The notes: a model not told the origin generated them from the sequence alone. Numbered from the stretch's first letter, positions 19,663 to 30,279 are shown. The stretch is DNA of 64,000 bases from an uncultured delta proteobacterium (GCA_963769935.1 CAVYNY010000013.1:576001-640000), one strand, 5' to 3'. Numbers and translations: made by a program.

Positions 19663-20508
19663 ATGAAATACGCCAAATATCATGCCCTGGGCAACGATTA
19701 CATTGTCATCGACCCGGCCAAAATTCGGGACCAACTTTCTGAAAACATGATCCGCCGGATCTGTCACCGAAACTACGGGATTGGATCTGATGGTATTTTG
19801 CTTGGCCCCCTTGACAGCAGCGTCTGCAATTTCAGGCTGCAGATTTTTAATCCTGACGGCAGCGAAGCTGAAAAGAGCGGAAACGGTCTGCGCATCTTTG
19901 CAAGATACCTTTGGGATGAAGGTATCGTCGCCGAAAAGTCTTTCACGGTTGAGACGCTCGGTGGTGCAGTTACATGTCAAGTCGATCCCGACGGCAAGAC
20001 GGTGAAGGTGGAGATGGGCGAAGTCAGCTTCGACAGCACGGTTATCCCGGTTGCGGGCGACCCGCGCGAAGTGCTGAATGAAGAAATTGAAACTGAAGGC
20101 CGTGTTTTTATATTTTGCGCGGCGACGGTCGGCAATCCTCACTGTGTGGTTCGTTCGAAACATCCGACACCCGAAGAGGCCCGCCGCTATGGTCCGCTGA
20201 TTGAAACCGAACCCCGCTTTCCGAACCGTACGAATGTTCAGTTCATGCAGGTCATCGATCGTAATAACATCCGGATTGAAATATGGGAACGCGGCGCCGG
20301 CTACACGCTGGCTTCAGGCAGCAGCAGTACGGCTGCGGCTGCCGTCGCTCACAAGCTTGGTCTCTGCGAACCGGACATCATGGTCCATATGCCGGGCGGC
20401 CGCCTTAACATCCGGTTCAACAACGGCTTTTTCGCCACCATGACCGGCCCGGCGACAAAAATCTGTGACGGCGTAATGACATCCGAAATGTTCAAGGAAA
20501 GCTCCTAA
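19663..20508 (+). CDS. dapF: diaminopimelate epimerase family protein, Ser/Ser active site
   Basis: HALGNDY, GSDGI, VGNPH, WERGAG; EKSGNG and TLASGSS replace the CGNG and ACGTG motifs. Confidence 0.85.
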   Translation: MKYAKYHALGNDYIVIDPAKIRDQLSENMIRRICHRNYGIGSDGILLGPLDSSVCNFRLQIFNPDGSEAEKSGNGLRIFARYLWDEGIVAEKSFTVETLGGAVTCQVDPDGKTVKVEMGEVSFDSTVIPVAGDPREVLNEEIETEGRVFIFCAATVGNPHCVVRSKHPTPEEARRYGPLIETEPRFPNRTNVQFMQVIDRNNIRIEIWERGAGYTLASGSSSTAAAAVAHKLGLCEPDIMVHMPGGRLNIRFNNGFFATMTGPATKICDGVMTSEMFKESS

Positions 20509-20584
20509 CCCGGACCAGCCTAAACCAATCAGGAAATCAAAAGGGATCACATCTTAAATATTTAATAATTGGAATGAATTCTTA

Positions 20585-22843
20585 GTAGAGTAGAACATCG
20601 GTGCAGTGGCTGCAGGCGTCGGCGGCATCTCTGCCGATTTCCCGGCAGACCTCAGTCCGACTACCATACCTTCCTTCCCTTAGTCCCCTCGTCGAACCGG
20701 ACGTCGGGTTTTCCCCGGTACGGCTCACCGACGACCTTCCCCATGTGTTTATCAGTAACCGTTGTCGTTGAATTACAGTGACTAACCGAACTGGTATAAT
20801 CCCAGTCGAACAACTAAATTGTTGTGGACTCTCCAAGTGCCCCTCGATCGATCACTGTACTTCCGCCTCAGGAATATTCGCAGCCGTTCGCGGACAAAGG
20901 CATTGAGTTTGCGAAGCCCTTTGAGCACCGGTCTTGTCGCTTTGTGATAATTGTTCCAACCCCGTATTACCGGTGTCAGCTCTTTTATCAACTCCTCCAG
21001 CGACAGACTATAGCGGCGCCCGATGACTTGCCTTACTCGCTGCCTGATGCGCCCCATCGAACGCTCTGAAGGCCATAATGCGCAGAACTGCTTTAATTTC
21101 GAGTTCTTCTTGCGCACCGGGCACACACGGAAATGCACGCCGAGAAAATCAAACCCGTCTTTCGCTTTAACCATACGCGTTTTATCCGGGTGCAGCTTCA
21201 AGCCAAGACGTCCCAGCATCTGCTCCACCTGCTTTTTAACCTGCTTTCCGTTACGCCACAGCAAGATAACAAAATCATCCGCATATCTTACCAGTGTTCC
21301 TGGAATTCCCGACATCTGGAACATTTTGTCAAACGAGTGTAGATAGATATTGCTCAGCAACGGTGAAATTACACCACCTTGCGGAGTTCCCAGCCCGTTC
21401 GTTTCGATATATTTGCCCTCTTCCATGACCCCGGCTTCCAACCACATGCGAATTAACTTTAAAACACGAGCATCAGCGATGCGGCGTTCAACCAGTTCCA
21501 GTAGAATATCCTGGCGAATATTGTCGAAAAATCCCGTTATATCGGCGTCAAAAACGATGCGCTGACCTTTGAAGGTAATCCTGCGTTCTATTATACGGAT
21601 CGCGTCATGGGCGCTTCGCCCCGGACGAAATCCGTGAGAACAATCCAAAAAATTGGCCTCAAATATCGGCTCGATTACCAGTTTGGTCGCCATCTGGCAA
21701 ACGCGGTCAAAAATAACCGGAACCCCAAGCGGCCTTTTCTCAGGTTTGCCCGGTTTGTCGATATAGCACCGCAGCACTGGCTGCGGCCGGTACCGCTTGC
21801 TTTTTAATTGCTCGCGGACTTCCGCCAGAAATTGATCCACACCAATTACATCCTCGATGTATTCAAAATCCTGCCGATCGACTCCAGGTGCACCCTTGTT
21901 GGCCTTGACGCGCTTCCAGGCCTCCAAAACAACATCTTCACGATAGATCTTATCGTAAAGAGCCCCGAATCTCCTATCCAGCGACTGCTTCGCTGCATGG
22001 GACAGTTTAGACTGCAAGTCAGAAACTTTATTCCGCACGTTCATAGCTCCTTGAGCACTCATGCCTTCTTACTGTTACCAGATAGAAATGCAACTGGTGT
22101 TTAAACCGGTGATGATTCGGGACAGTTCGAGTTCTTGGCCCGGTGGTCGCACCGTTCCCCAACGACTGCCGGTTGGGTTTTGTTAAAGCGGGGTCCCCGT
22201 AAACCCGCACCTTATCCTCACCCTCAAATCTATCCACTGTTCCGCATTTCAACTCACACCCTAAACGCGGTCGAAGTATGGCCCCACGCTCAGGACAGGT
22301 TATGTTGTCCTGCCCGTCGTCACTTCCAGGCCACTCCGACTTCCCTACGCCCATCACCTCCATCTTGCCGGTTTCACCCGACTTGATACAGGCTTACCGC
22401 AGGCGGAGACCTGCGGAGACGCTGGGATCTCAGGTCTTTCCTCCATTATCTGTCACCGCATGCCGTTGGCCTTACCCCGGGTCCCTACCAGGTGCTCATA
22501 CCCTTTGCTTCCCTGGTAGCTCTGGCCTTCTCCCAAATTATAGAGGATCGGCGGGTATCCCTGCGATGCAGGGTTTATCCCTCAATCGGACTCTCCCAGC
22601 TATAGCCGTCCGATCACATCTTACGAGGCTGCACCATTCGCGTCATGCTACGGCCTGCGGTTTTGGCCGGCACCCCTGACTGGGTAAAACCCGCATGTCC
22701 TGCGAGCCGTCTCGGTACCGTGTCGGGGCAAGTTCAGCCCGCGTGTTACCACGCGAACCCGCCCTCTGCCTTCATATCCATAAGGGCAACTGATATGATA
22801 ACCTCCTTTCAGGTTACTAGATAATGGTCTCGCGACCTCGTAC
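20585..22843 (-). mobile_element. group II intron, about 2.26 kb
   Basis: domain V GAGCCGTACCGGGGAAAACCCGACGTCCGGTTC; domain VI ending CTACTCTAC at 20585; inferred 5' end GTACG at 22843; contains the RT ORF. Confidence 0.85.
20782..22062 (-). CDS. ltrA: group II intron reverse transcriptase/maturase, no endonuclease domain
   Basis: GAPGVD, SHGFRPGRS, GTPQGGVISPLLSNIYL, YADD, RGWNNY maturase; 426 aa. Confidence 0.95.
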   Translation of the reverse strand: MSAQGAMNVRNKVSDLQSKLSHAAKQSLDRRFGALYDKIYREDVVLEAWKRVKANKGAPGVDRQDFEYIEDVIGVDQFLAEVREQLKSKRYRPQPVLRCYIDKPGKPEKRPLGVPVIFDRVCQMATKLVIEPIFEANFLDCSHGFRPGRSAHDAIRIIERRITFKGQRIVFDADITGFFDNIRQDILLELVERRIADARVLKLIRMWLEAGVMEEGKYIETNGLGTPQGGVISPLLSNIYLHSFDKMFQMSGIPGTLVRYADDFVILLWRNGKQVKKQVEQMLGRLGLKLHPDKTRMVKAKDGFDFLGVHFRVCPVRKKNSKLKQFCALWPSERSMGRIRQRVRQVIGRRYSLSLEELIKELTPVIRGWNNYHKATRPVLKGLRKLNAFVRERLRIFLRRKYSDRSRGTWRVHNNLVVRLGLYQFG

Positions 22844-23110
22844 ATAATTAAGATGCGACCCCTCCTCCCGCAAAGATGTGACCCCTCCTCCCGACACAAA
22901 ATTTTTACCAAAAAGTGATACTTTCGTGAGGACTAAGTGATTAAGGCCTCTTATTAATAGGAAAGTGTCGTCAAGAGTTCCCCTGCCTGATCGAATAATT
23001 TTTATAGCTCGCTTTCAAAAAAAACAAGTTTATATCAACTCAACTTTTCGACCATCAACCCAAGCCCGGTTTCCATTTGGAGCCCGGGACCCTAAAAGAG
23101 AGGAGGTCTT

Positions 23111-25615
23111 ATGATACGCCGAAAAATACTGCAGCTTTGTCTGGCCGGCCTTTTGGTCGGTGCCGCCGGAGTCGCCCAGGCCGATAAAAATTCAGCTTCA
23201 ACGTCGGTCCCGTCCCCGCAAGCCTTGGCAAAAAAAATGGCGGCGGTCAGAGTCCCTTTTATTGAAAATAAAGGGCAAATCGCCAATGATGATGTTCAGT
23301 TCTATGCCCAGACGTTCGCCGGAACATTATTTGTTACCAAGGAAAACCATTTAGTGTATTCATTGCCGCAAAAAAATCACAAAAATGCCGGGGCAGTTTG
23401 GGTGTTTCGTGAATCGTTTGTCGGCCGGCGGCAAACACGCCCCCGGGGTGAGCGTGAAAGCCCTGTCCGGGTGAGCTACTACAAAGGCAATGATCCACAC
23501 GCCTGGCAAAAGCAGGTGCCGGCATTCGACGGCATTGCTTTGGGCGAGTTGTTTCCGGGAGTCCGCGTGTCGCTCAAGGCCGCGGGCAACAATGTGGAAA
23601 AATTGTTCTATGTGTCGCCGGGCGCCATACCGGATGCGATTAAAATCGATGTCGACGGCGTTCGGTCTATGTCCATTAATGCACAGCGGCAATTAGTCCT
23701 GGATACGGCGCTGGGCGATATTGTTTTTACGGCTCCCATCGCCTACCAGGTGATGGACGGCAAACGGCAGGCAGTTGATGTGGCATATACGCTTGCCGAC
23801 GGCCGCTACGGATTCAAAGTGGGTGATTATGATAAAAATTATGAACTGGTAATTGATCCGCTGCTGGCCTCCACTTATATCGGCGGCCACAATCCGAGCC
23901 CGCCGGGAAATTATGACGACGATATCATCTATGGCATGGTCGCAACTGCTGACTCGGTCTATATCGCCGGCGCCACCCAGTCGCCTGATTTTCCAGTCGA
24001 GATGGGATATGATGAAAATCTTGACAGCGCTTACCCCGACGGCTTCATCACCCAACTGACCAGCGATCTATCGACCCTGGTTGCGTCTACTTATATCGGG
24101 ACCCAATATTTCGACCGGGTGCAGGACATTGCCGTGGATGACAGCGGCCTGATCGTCGCGGTCGGCCAGGCGGGTTACGGGTTTCCGGTAACGAACGGGG
24201 CTTATACCTGGAGCGGCACCACGCCCGTCGGCGGGGGATTCATTGCCAAGTTCAGCGCCGATTTGGCGAACCTGGTGGCTTCCGCTGTGGTGACGCCTTC
24301 CGATTATCCACTGCAGGTTGCCCTGGGCAATGATGGCATCTATTTTGGCGGCCGCACCAATAATCCCGGTTTCCCGATTACACCGGGTGCCTACCGTTCC
24401 ACCTGCTGCCCGGCGGGAGGATTCGGCATCCGCGAGTATGATGGTTTTGCCGGCAAGATGTCTTCGGATTTAACCAGCCTGGAAGCCTTGACTTATCTCG
24501 GGGGAGACAGCGTCTCGGGAATTGCGGTGGCGTCCGACGGCACGGTGTTTATTTCCGACGGCACCGATAATGCAATTACCGGCTACCTGGCCCGCTTCGA
24601 TGACGTTCTCACCAGTCGTCTGGCTTACCTGAGCTACTATCCGGGCAGCACCAGCGGCAGCAGCCGCACCTATTTTAATGATGTGGCCGTTGGTGACGGC
24701 TTTGTCGTGGCGGCCGGCCAGACTTACATGAATGATTTGCCCGCTACCGACGGTGCCTTTGATACCAACTGCGGTTCGGATGGCGTTTGTGACGGTGTGG
24801 GGTCATTGCTGGTGCCCAAGCCCGACGGTTTCGTCGCCAAATACAGCCTTGATCTGCAAACCACGCTGGCCTTGACTTACCTGGGCGGATCTGACGGCGA
24901 ATCGTGCCGTTCCATCGCATTGGATGCGAACGATGACGTCTATGTTGCCGGTGAAACCTTCTCCCCGGATTTCCCCACCTCCGCCGATGGCGCCGACACC
25001 GGCTGCGGCACCGACGGACAATGCAATCCTTCCGGTACCTATAGCACTCCCACGGCCGACGGCTTTGTGGTTAAACTGTCCGCCGACTTGTCGCAGATGC
25101 TGTATGGCAGCTTTATCGGCGGATCGGACGAAGATCGCCCGAACGTTATTGCCGTAAATGATGCAGAGGGGGTCTATGCCGCCGGCTATACCCGGTCGCC
25201 AGACTTTCCGGCAACAGCCGGCGCCTTGGATAGGACCTATAACGGCGGCACGTCGGATGCTTTTGTCAGTCTGTTTGACGCCGCAGGCGATGGTTCCGGC
25301 GGCGGGGGTGGCACGCCTCCCCCCAATGAGGCACCGGTGGCCGACGCCGGCAGCGATCAAACCGTCGGTTCGCGGCAGCGCGTGTATCTGGACGGCAGGG
25401 GATCAAATGACGCCGACGGTCAAATCGTCCAGTATCACTGGACCCAGGCAGCCGGGGCTGCCGTATCAATAAAAAACGCCAATTCCGCGGTGGCGAATTT
25501 TACCGCGCCCAGACCTCGGCGCGGTGCAACCATAACGCTGGTGTTTGAATTGGCAGTGACCGACAACCTGAATGCCACAGCCACCGATCAGGCAACCGTA
25601 AAAATAAGTCGATAG
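23111..25615 (+). CDS. secreted SBBP/beta-propeller repeat protein with C-terminal PKD-like domain
   Basis: signal peptide; FIENKGQ, LVIDPLLASTYIGG, repeated G.T.SPDFP units; PVADAGSDQ. Confidence 0.88.
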   Translation: MIRRKILQLCLAGLLVGAAGVAQADKNSASTSVPSPQALAKKMAAVRVPFIENKGQIANDDVQFYAQTFAGTLFVTKENHLVYSLPQKNHKNAGAVWVFRESFVGRRQTRPRGERESPVRVSYYKGNDPHAWQKQVPAFDGIALGELFPGVRVSLKAAGNNVEKLFYVSPGAIPDAIKIDVDGVRSMSINAQRQLVLDTALGDIVFTAPIAYQVMDGKRQAVDVAYTLADGRYGFKVGDYDKNYELVIDPLLASTYIGGHNPSPPGNYDDDIIYGMVATADSVYIAGATQSPDFPVEMGYDENLDSAYPDGFITQLTSDLSTLVASTYIGTQYFDRVQDIAVDDSGLIVAVGQAGYGFPVTNGAYTWSGTTPVGGGFIAKFSADLANLVASAVVTPSDYPLQVALGNDGIYFGGRTNNPGFPITPGAYRSTCCPAGGFGIREYDGFAGKMSSDLTSLEALTYLGGDSVSGIAVASDGTVFISDGTDNAITGYLARFDDVLTSRLAYLSYYPGSTSGSSRTYFNDVAVGDGFVVAAGQTYMNDLPATDGAFDTNCGSDGVCDGVGSLLVPKPDGFVAKYSLDLQTTLALTYLGGSDGESCRSIALDANDDVYVAGETFSPDFPTSADGADTGCGTDGQCNPSGTYSTPTADGFVVKLSADLSQMLYGSFIGGSDEDRPNVIAVNDAEGVYAAGYTRSPDFPATAGALDRTYNGGTSDAFVSLFDAAGDGSGGGGGTPPPNEAPVADAGSDQTVGSRQRVYLDGRGSNDADGQIVQYHWTQAAGAAVSIKNANSAVANFTAPRPRRGATITLVFELAVTDNLNATATDQATVKISR

Positions 25616-25740
25616 CTGAGGGTTTTTCAAGTATTCCATCATTCCAGAATTCCATTATTCCATGATGGAGACAAGAGCCCGACCGTCAAAGAATAACCTG
25701 TATTTTCATATAGCCGTGGAATTTAGAGACGATTAATCAT

Positions 25741-25767
25741 CGGGCGCTTTTTAAGCGCCCGTTTTTT
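25741..25767 (+). terminator. rho-independent terminator
   Basis: CGGGCGCTT-TTT-AAGCGCCCG-TTTTTT. Confidence 0.8.
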
Positions 25768-26014
25768 ATCGCCCGCCTGAGTTATGGCTGAAAAATCAGG
25801 TCCGCCCCCGAACGCAGGCTCCCTTTTGAGCCGTTGACACACCTGTCTAAATTAATTATCTTTCAAAAATTCTTATCATCCGAAAACCCACCCGCAACTC
25901 TGGTCTGAATTGTCTGCGGCATATTGCCTCACGAGGGCAGCGTGCGTTCACCGCAAGGGGCGAATCCGTTTTGTGATCAGTCAGCGATGGGAGCATTCCT
26001 GGTGCCGAGGGCAT

Positions 26015-27469
26015 ATGAACGATTCCGTACCTCTCAACAAATGGCTGGTACTGTCCCTGGTGGCCGTGGGCATTTTCATGTCCACCCTGGACGGTTCGAT
26101 CGTCAACGTGGCCCTGCCCACCATCATGGCCGAACTCGGTGTGCCGCTTACCACGGTTAAATGGGTGGTGGTAATATACCTGCTGACGGTATCGTCTCTG
26201 CTTCTGTTCTTTGGCCGCCTCTCGGACATTCGTGGCAGGCGCTGGGTCTACAGCCAGGGACTGGCGGTTTTTTCCCTGGGCTCCCTTTTGTGCGGCCTGG
26301 CTCCGAATGCCGCCTGGTTGATCGTCTGGCGTGCCCTGCAGGGAGTGGGAGCCGCCATGATCATGGCCTGCACCCCGGCTCTGGTGGTAGATGTCTTTCC
26401 GGCGCAGGAACGGGGCCGGGCCCTGGGCATGGTGGGGATGGTCGTGGCGGGCGGCCTCACCATGGGACCCGCCTTGGGCGGAATACTGCTGCAGTTCTTC
26501 CACTGGCGGGTAATCTTTTATATCAACGTACCCGTCGGTGCGGCCGCTGCGGCCGCCGTCCTTGTGCTCCTCAGAGGAGGCCCGGAAACGATATCACCGG
26601 AGCCGATTGACTGGCCGGGCACAATTCTGCTGATGGTTTGCTTTCCGGCCCTTTTGACGGCCCTTTCCCGGGGGGGCGAGTGGGGCTACACCTCGCCCCA
26701 GACGCTGGGTCTCGTCTGCGTGTTTCTCGTTTGTCTGATTCTTTTAGTCGTGGTGGAAACCCGCAGCCGTTTTCCCATCGTGGAGCCGGCGCTGTTTTCG
26801 GTCCGGCTTTTCTCGGTGAGCATCGCGGCCGCCGTGACCCTTTATATCAGCCTGTTCACGATATCTTTTATCATGCCCTTTTACCTCGTCAATCCGGCCG
26901 GATTTCCAATGGCCAAAACCGGCGGCATTCTCGTCATCCCGTTTTTCTTCCTCTTTATCTGCGCCCCGATTGCCGGCAGCTTGAGCGACAAAATCGGCTC
27001 ACGTCTTTTATGCACACTGGGACTGTCCTGCATGGCCCTTTCCCTGCTTTCCTTTGCGCGGATGCCGGCCGGCACGGACATCTGGCCGGTTGCCTGGCGG
27101 CTGGCCCTGGCCGGAATCGGCACCGCTACTTTTACCTCGCCCAACAGCGCGGCCGCCATGAGTGCCGTGGCCCAGCAACGCCGGGGAATCGCCGCGGCCC
27201 TCGTCGCCACGGCCCGCAACCTGGGCATGGTCTTCGGTGTCGCGACAGCGGCGGTCATCTTCAACGCCTCTTTCCAAAAAGCCTCGGGCGGACAAAGCCT
27301 GCAAAACTACCACCCCGGCCTGGAAGGGGCTTTTATGACCGCCTTTCACCACGTCATGCTGTGGGGCGCCGCCGTAGCCGCTTTCGGTGCGATGTTATCG
27401 GCGCTGAGGGGCAAAGATTTTAGAGTAGGAAGGCCGGCCAAAAGCAAACCGGGCGGCTCGCATATTTAA
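26015..27469 (+). CDS. DHA2 (EmrB/QacA-like) MFS efflux transporter
   Basis: LDGSIVNVALPTI, GRLSDIRGRR, WRVIFYINVPVG. Confidence 0.92.
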   Translation: MNDSVPLNKWLVLSLVAVGIFMSTLDGSIVNVALPTIMAELGVPLTTVKWVVVIYLLTVSSLLLFFGRLSDIRGRRWVYSQGLAVFSLGSLLCGLAPNAAWLIVWRALQGVGAAMIMACTPALVVDVFPAQERGRALGMVGMVVAGGLTMGPALGGILLQFFHWRVIFYINVPVGAAAAAAVLVLLRGGPETISPEPIDWPGTILLMVCFPALLTALSRGGEWGYTSPQTLGLVCVFLVCLILLVVVETRSRFPIVEPALFSVRLFSVSIAAAVTLYISLFTISFIMPFYLVNPAGFPMAKTGGILVIPFFFLFICAPIAGSLSDKIGSRLLCTLGLSCMALSLLSFARMPAGTDIWPVAWRLALAGIGTATFTSPNSAAAMSAVAQQRRGIAAALVATARNLGMVFGVATAAVIFNASFQKASGGQSLQNYHPGLEGAFMTAFHHVMLWGAAVAAFGAMLSALRGKDFRVGRPAKSKPGGSHI

Positions 27470-27614
27470 TGGCTTATTTCTTGCGACAGCCGCCGCGGTC
27501 TGGTATACTCGCCGCCGTGTACCCGCAGGCAGGCTGCGGACATCCGCCCAATTGCGTGCTGCCCGGTCGTCCTTGCCGTTAAAGGTATTTTGTCATCAGC
27601 TAAGGAGATGCTTT

Positions 27615-28250
27615 ATGCCGCATTTTACTCATCTGCCCCTGTTCATTCTGGCCTCGGCGGTGCTGCTCGTCACTCCCGGTCCTGCAGTCCTCTATATTCT
27701 TGCCCGCAGCGTGGATCAAGGCCGCCGCGCGGGTCTGGTTTCCGTGTGCGCCATCGAAACGGGCAATTTCGTGCACGTCATCGCGGCAACCCTCGGGCTG
27801 TCCGCCCTGCTCCTCTCATCGGCCCTGGCCTTTACCATTGTGAAGTATCTGGGCGCCGCCTACCTGGTCTACCTTGGCCTGCGCAAGATATTTTCGCGCC
27901 GGTCCGTCCAGGCAAACGGCAGCAGCCAGCAACAAAGCCTGCACCGGATCTTTTCACAAGGCGTGATGGTTGCGGCCTTGAATCCGAAAACAGCGCTGTT
28001 CTTTGTCGCTTTCCTGCCGCAGTTTGTCGACCCGTCCCAGGGCGCAGTCGCTCTGCAAATGTTGGTTCTGGGATGCCTCTTTGTCACGATGGCGCTGGTA
28101 AGCGACAGCCTGTATGCGCTGCTGGCCGGAACGGTCGGACAGTGGCTCAAAAGCTCTCTTGCGGCCGTACGCGCAGGACGCTATTTGATCGGCGGTGTGT
28201 ATATCGGACTGGGGGTAACGGCGGCCCTGACCGGCGCACGCCGGCACTAA
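27615..28250 (+). CDS. LysE/RhtB translocator
   Basis: TPGP, KYLGAAYL, LNPKTALFF. Confidence 0.92.
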   Translation: MPHFTHLPLFILASAVLLVTPGPAVLYILARSVDQGRRAGLVSVCAIETGNFVHVIAATLGLSALLLSSALAFTIVKYLGAAYLVYLGLRKIFSRRSVQANGSSQQQSLHRIFSQGVMVAALNPKTALFFVAFLPQFVDPSQGAVALQMLVLGCLFVTMALVSDSLYALLAGTVGQWLKSSLAAVRAGRYLIGGVYIGLGVTAALTGARRH

Positions 28251-28395
28251 GGGCTTGCCCGCGCCGGGTTTATGCATATTTTAATAACAATAGACCGGAG
28301 CGTTAAGGAAACACGAGCCCACAAACCAGCCCGAAGTTGATGCGGGATGAGTGGCGGGGCTCCTTTTGAAACCACTTCGCGTTTAAGGAGGATCT

Positions 28396-28824
28396 ATGGA
28401 TCGACCCTTTGCAGCAGAGAATACAAAAGAGCGTAATAGACTGATTTCGCTCGTCGGACGGTTAACAGACCAGGAGCTTAGACTCCCTTTAGGCAATGAT
28501 TGGACGATCGCGGTCGCCTTGGCGCATCTGTCATTTTGGGATCAGCGCGCCCTGTTTCTAATGCGAAAATGGCGGAAGAGCGGGGTTGTCGAACCGTCAC
28601 CGATAGACGTTGATCTCACAAATGATTCACTCCTTTCTCTATGGTTGGCACTGCCACCGCGGGCGGCGGCCGATCTCGCGGTGTCATCTGCTGAGCAAAT
28701 AGATCGTGAACTTGAAGACGCCCCTTCTGATCTGATCACCAAAATTGAACGCCTTGGTGAAAATTCCAGGCTTTACAGGTCCTTACATCGCAAAATGCAT
28801 GTCGACGAGATCGAAAAGAGGTAA
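28396..28824 (+). CDS. DinB/MDMPI-like protein
   Basis: WTIAVALAHLSFWD..HRKMH; AAGGAGG RBS. Confidence 0.7.
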   Translation: MDRPFAAENTKERNRLISLVGRLTDQELRLPLGNDWTIAVALAHLSFWDQRALFLMRKWRKSGVVEPSPIDVDLTNDSLLSLWLALPPRAAADLAVSSAEQIDRELEDAPSDLITKIERLGENSRLYRSLHRKMHVDEIEKR

Positions 28825-28901
28825 AGAATGACCACCAAGAAAATGTCACGTTACGAAAGCCCTTGTGCCAAATACATCTACGAGCTTGAGGAGGATTAGG
28901 T

Positions 28902-29596
28902 ATGCATGCCCACGGCCTGCAGCACGTTCCATTTGAAGGTCTCGGCAGCATCGAGCCATGGCTTATATCGGCCGGATACAGGATAACGAATACCAGGTTC
29001 TTCCACACAACCGAACTGCCGCGTCCCCAGGAAATAGATTTGTTGGTCGTGATGGGAGGTCCAATGAGCGTCAACGATGAGCGCGAGTTTCCGTGGCTGG
29101 CACAGGAAAAGCGCTTTATTCGCAGCGCCATAGACCTCGGCAAACCGGTTTTGGGAATCTGCCTCGGTGCCCAACTCATAGCCACGCGATGGGGGCGCAG
29201 GTATATCCGAATCCCGTCAAGGAGATCGGCTGGTATCCAATCCAAGGCGTTGCAGCGGAGGGCGGATGGACTTTCAGCTTCCCGCCGTCGGTGGAGGTTT
29301 TCCACTGGCACGGCGAGACTTTTGACCTTCCGTCCGGGGCCGTCCGCCTGGCGAGAAGTGAAGGCTGTGAAAACCAGGCGTTTCAGCTCGGCCGGTTGGT
29401 TATCGGTTTACAGTTTCATCTGGAGACCACACCTGCGTCGGCGCGAGAGATGGTCTCGCACGGACGCGCAGAATTGGTGCCGACGAGGTTTGTGCAGCCT
29501 GAGACGGCCATTCTCGCCGCCTCCTCTGAGAAATACCGCGAAATCAACCGCTTGATGGCTGAAGTGCTCAAGTTTCTGACACGCGTCGACGGCTAA
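28902..29596 (+). pseudogene. type 1 glutamine amidotransferase with one frameshift
   Basis: HVPFEG, GGPMS and GICLGAQ in one frame; EIGW, FHWHG and GLQFHLE in another; shift near 29183. Confidence 0.85.
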
Positions 29597-29718
29597 CAGG
29601 GAGCTGCACCGGGCATAAGCCGGCAACATGCATTGGCTGCCTGCCTTTGATCCTGCTTAATCATTAAACGTCAAGTAAGACACTCCCAGCGGCGCAGCTG
29701 CCGGGGTGGGCGTCGGAC
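29591..29718 (+). mobile_element. attC-like site
   Basis: GGCTAAC (contains the upstream stop) GGGAGCTGCACCG ... CGGCGCAGCTGC...GTCGGAC. Confidence 0.55.
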
Positions 29719-29760
29719 AGACAAAATAGATTGGAAACGAAGTTTTCAACGTTTAAATCT

Positions 29761-30210
29761 ATGCAACGAAATATAGCTAAACTCAAACCGGCGGTGGACA
29801 AACGGGTGTTGCTGTTTCTGGCCGGTTTTATGTGGGTCGGTGTCGGAGCAATGCTGCTGTATTTATCATATGCCTGGCTGAACGCTTTTCATGTACCCGG
29901 CTCGTTCGTATTCGAAGCGAGCGGCGTTGCCGCGGCATTGGTAATCCATCACTTCGGATTTTTGAAAATTGTAGACAAGAACCTGGGACGCATTCTGCCG
30001 ATGGAGGGAAAAAGATGCATTTTTTCTTTCTTATCATGGAAGAGTTACCTCCTGGTCGCCATAATGATTGCACTGGGCGTATTGCTGCGGCATTCCCCGA
30101 TACCAAAACCGTATTTATCGGTGCTGTATACAGCAATCGGCCTGGCACTTGTGCTTTCGAGCGTTCGGTACTTAAGGGTCCTGCTGAGTCAATTCAGAAA
30201 CACCAAATAG
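29761..30210 (+). CDS. hypothetical 4-TM membrane protein
   Basis: four hydrophobic segments; start could be 29731. Confidence 0.75.
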   Translation: MQRNIAKLKPAVDKRVLLFLAGFMWVGVGAMLLYLSYAWLNAFHVPGSFVFEASGVAAALVIHHFGFLKIVDKNLGRILPMEGKRCIFSFLSWKSYLLVAIMIALGVLLRHSPIPKPYLSVLYTAIGLALVLSSVRYLRVLLSQFRNTK

Positions 30211-30279
30211 CCGCCGAGGGAAGATGAAGATCGCTAAACACCTAACAATACCCGTTCTCATACCAGCTACCTATTCTAG

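Noticed and set aside
20782..22062. Retron, DGR or CRISPR-associated RT
   Set aside because: Maturase domain and domains V/VI identify a group II intron; no template/variable repeat pair or cas genes seen
22028..22911. ORFs upstream of the RT
   Set aside because: They lie within intron RNA domains I-IV
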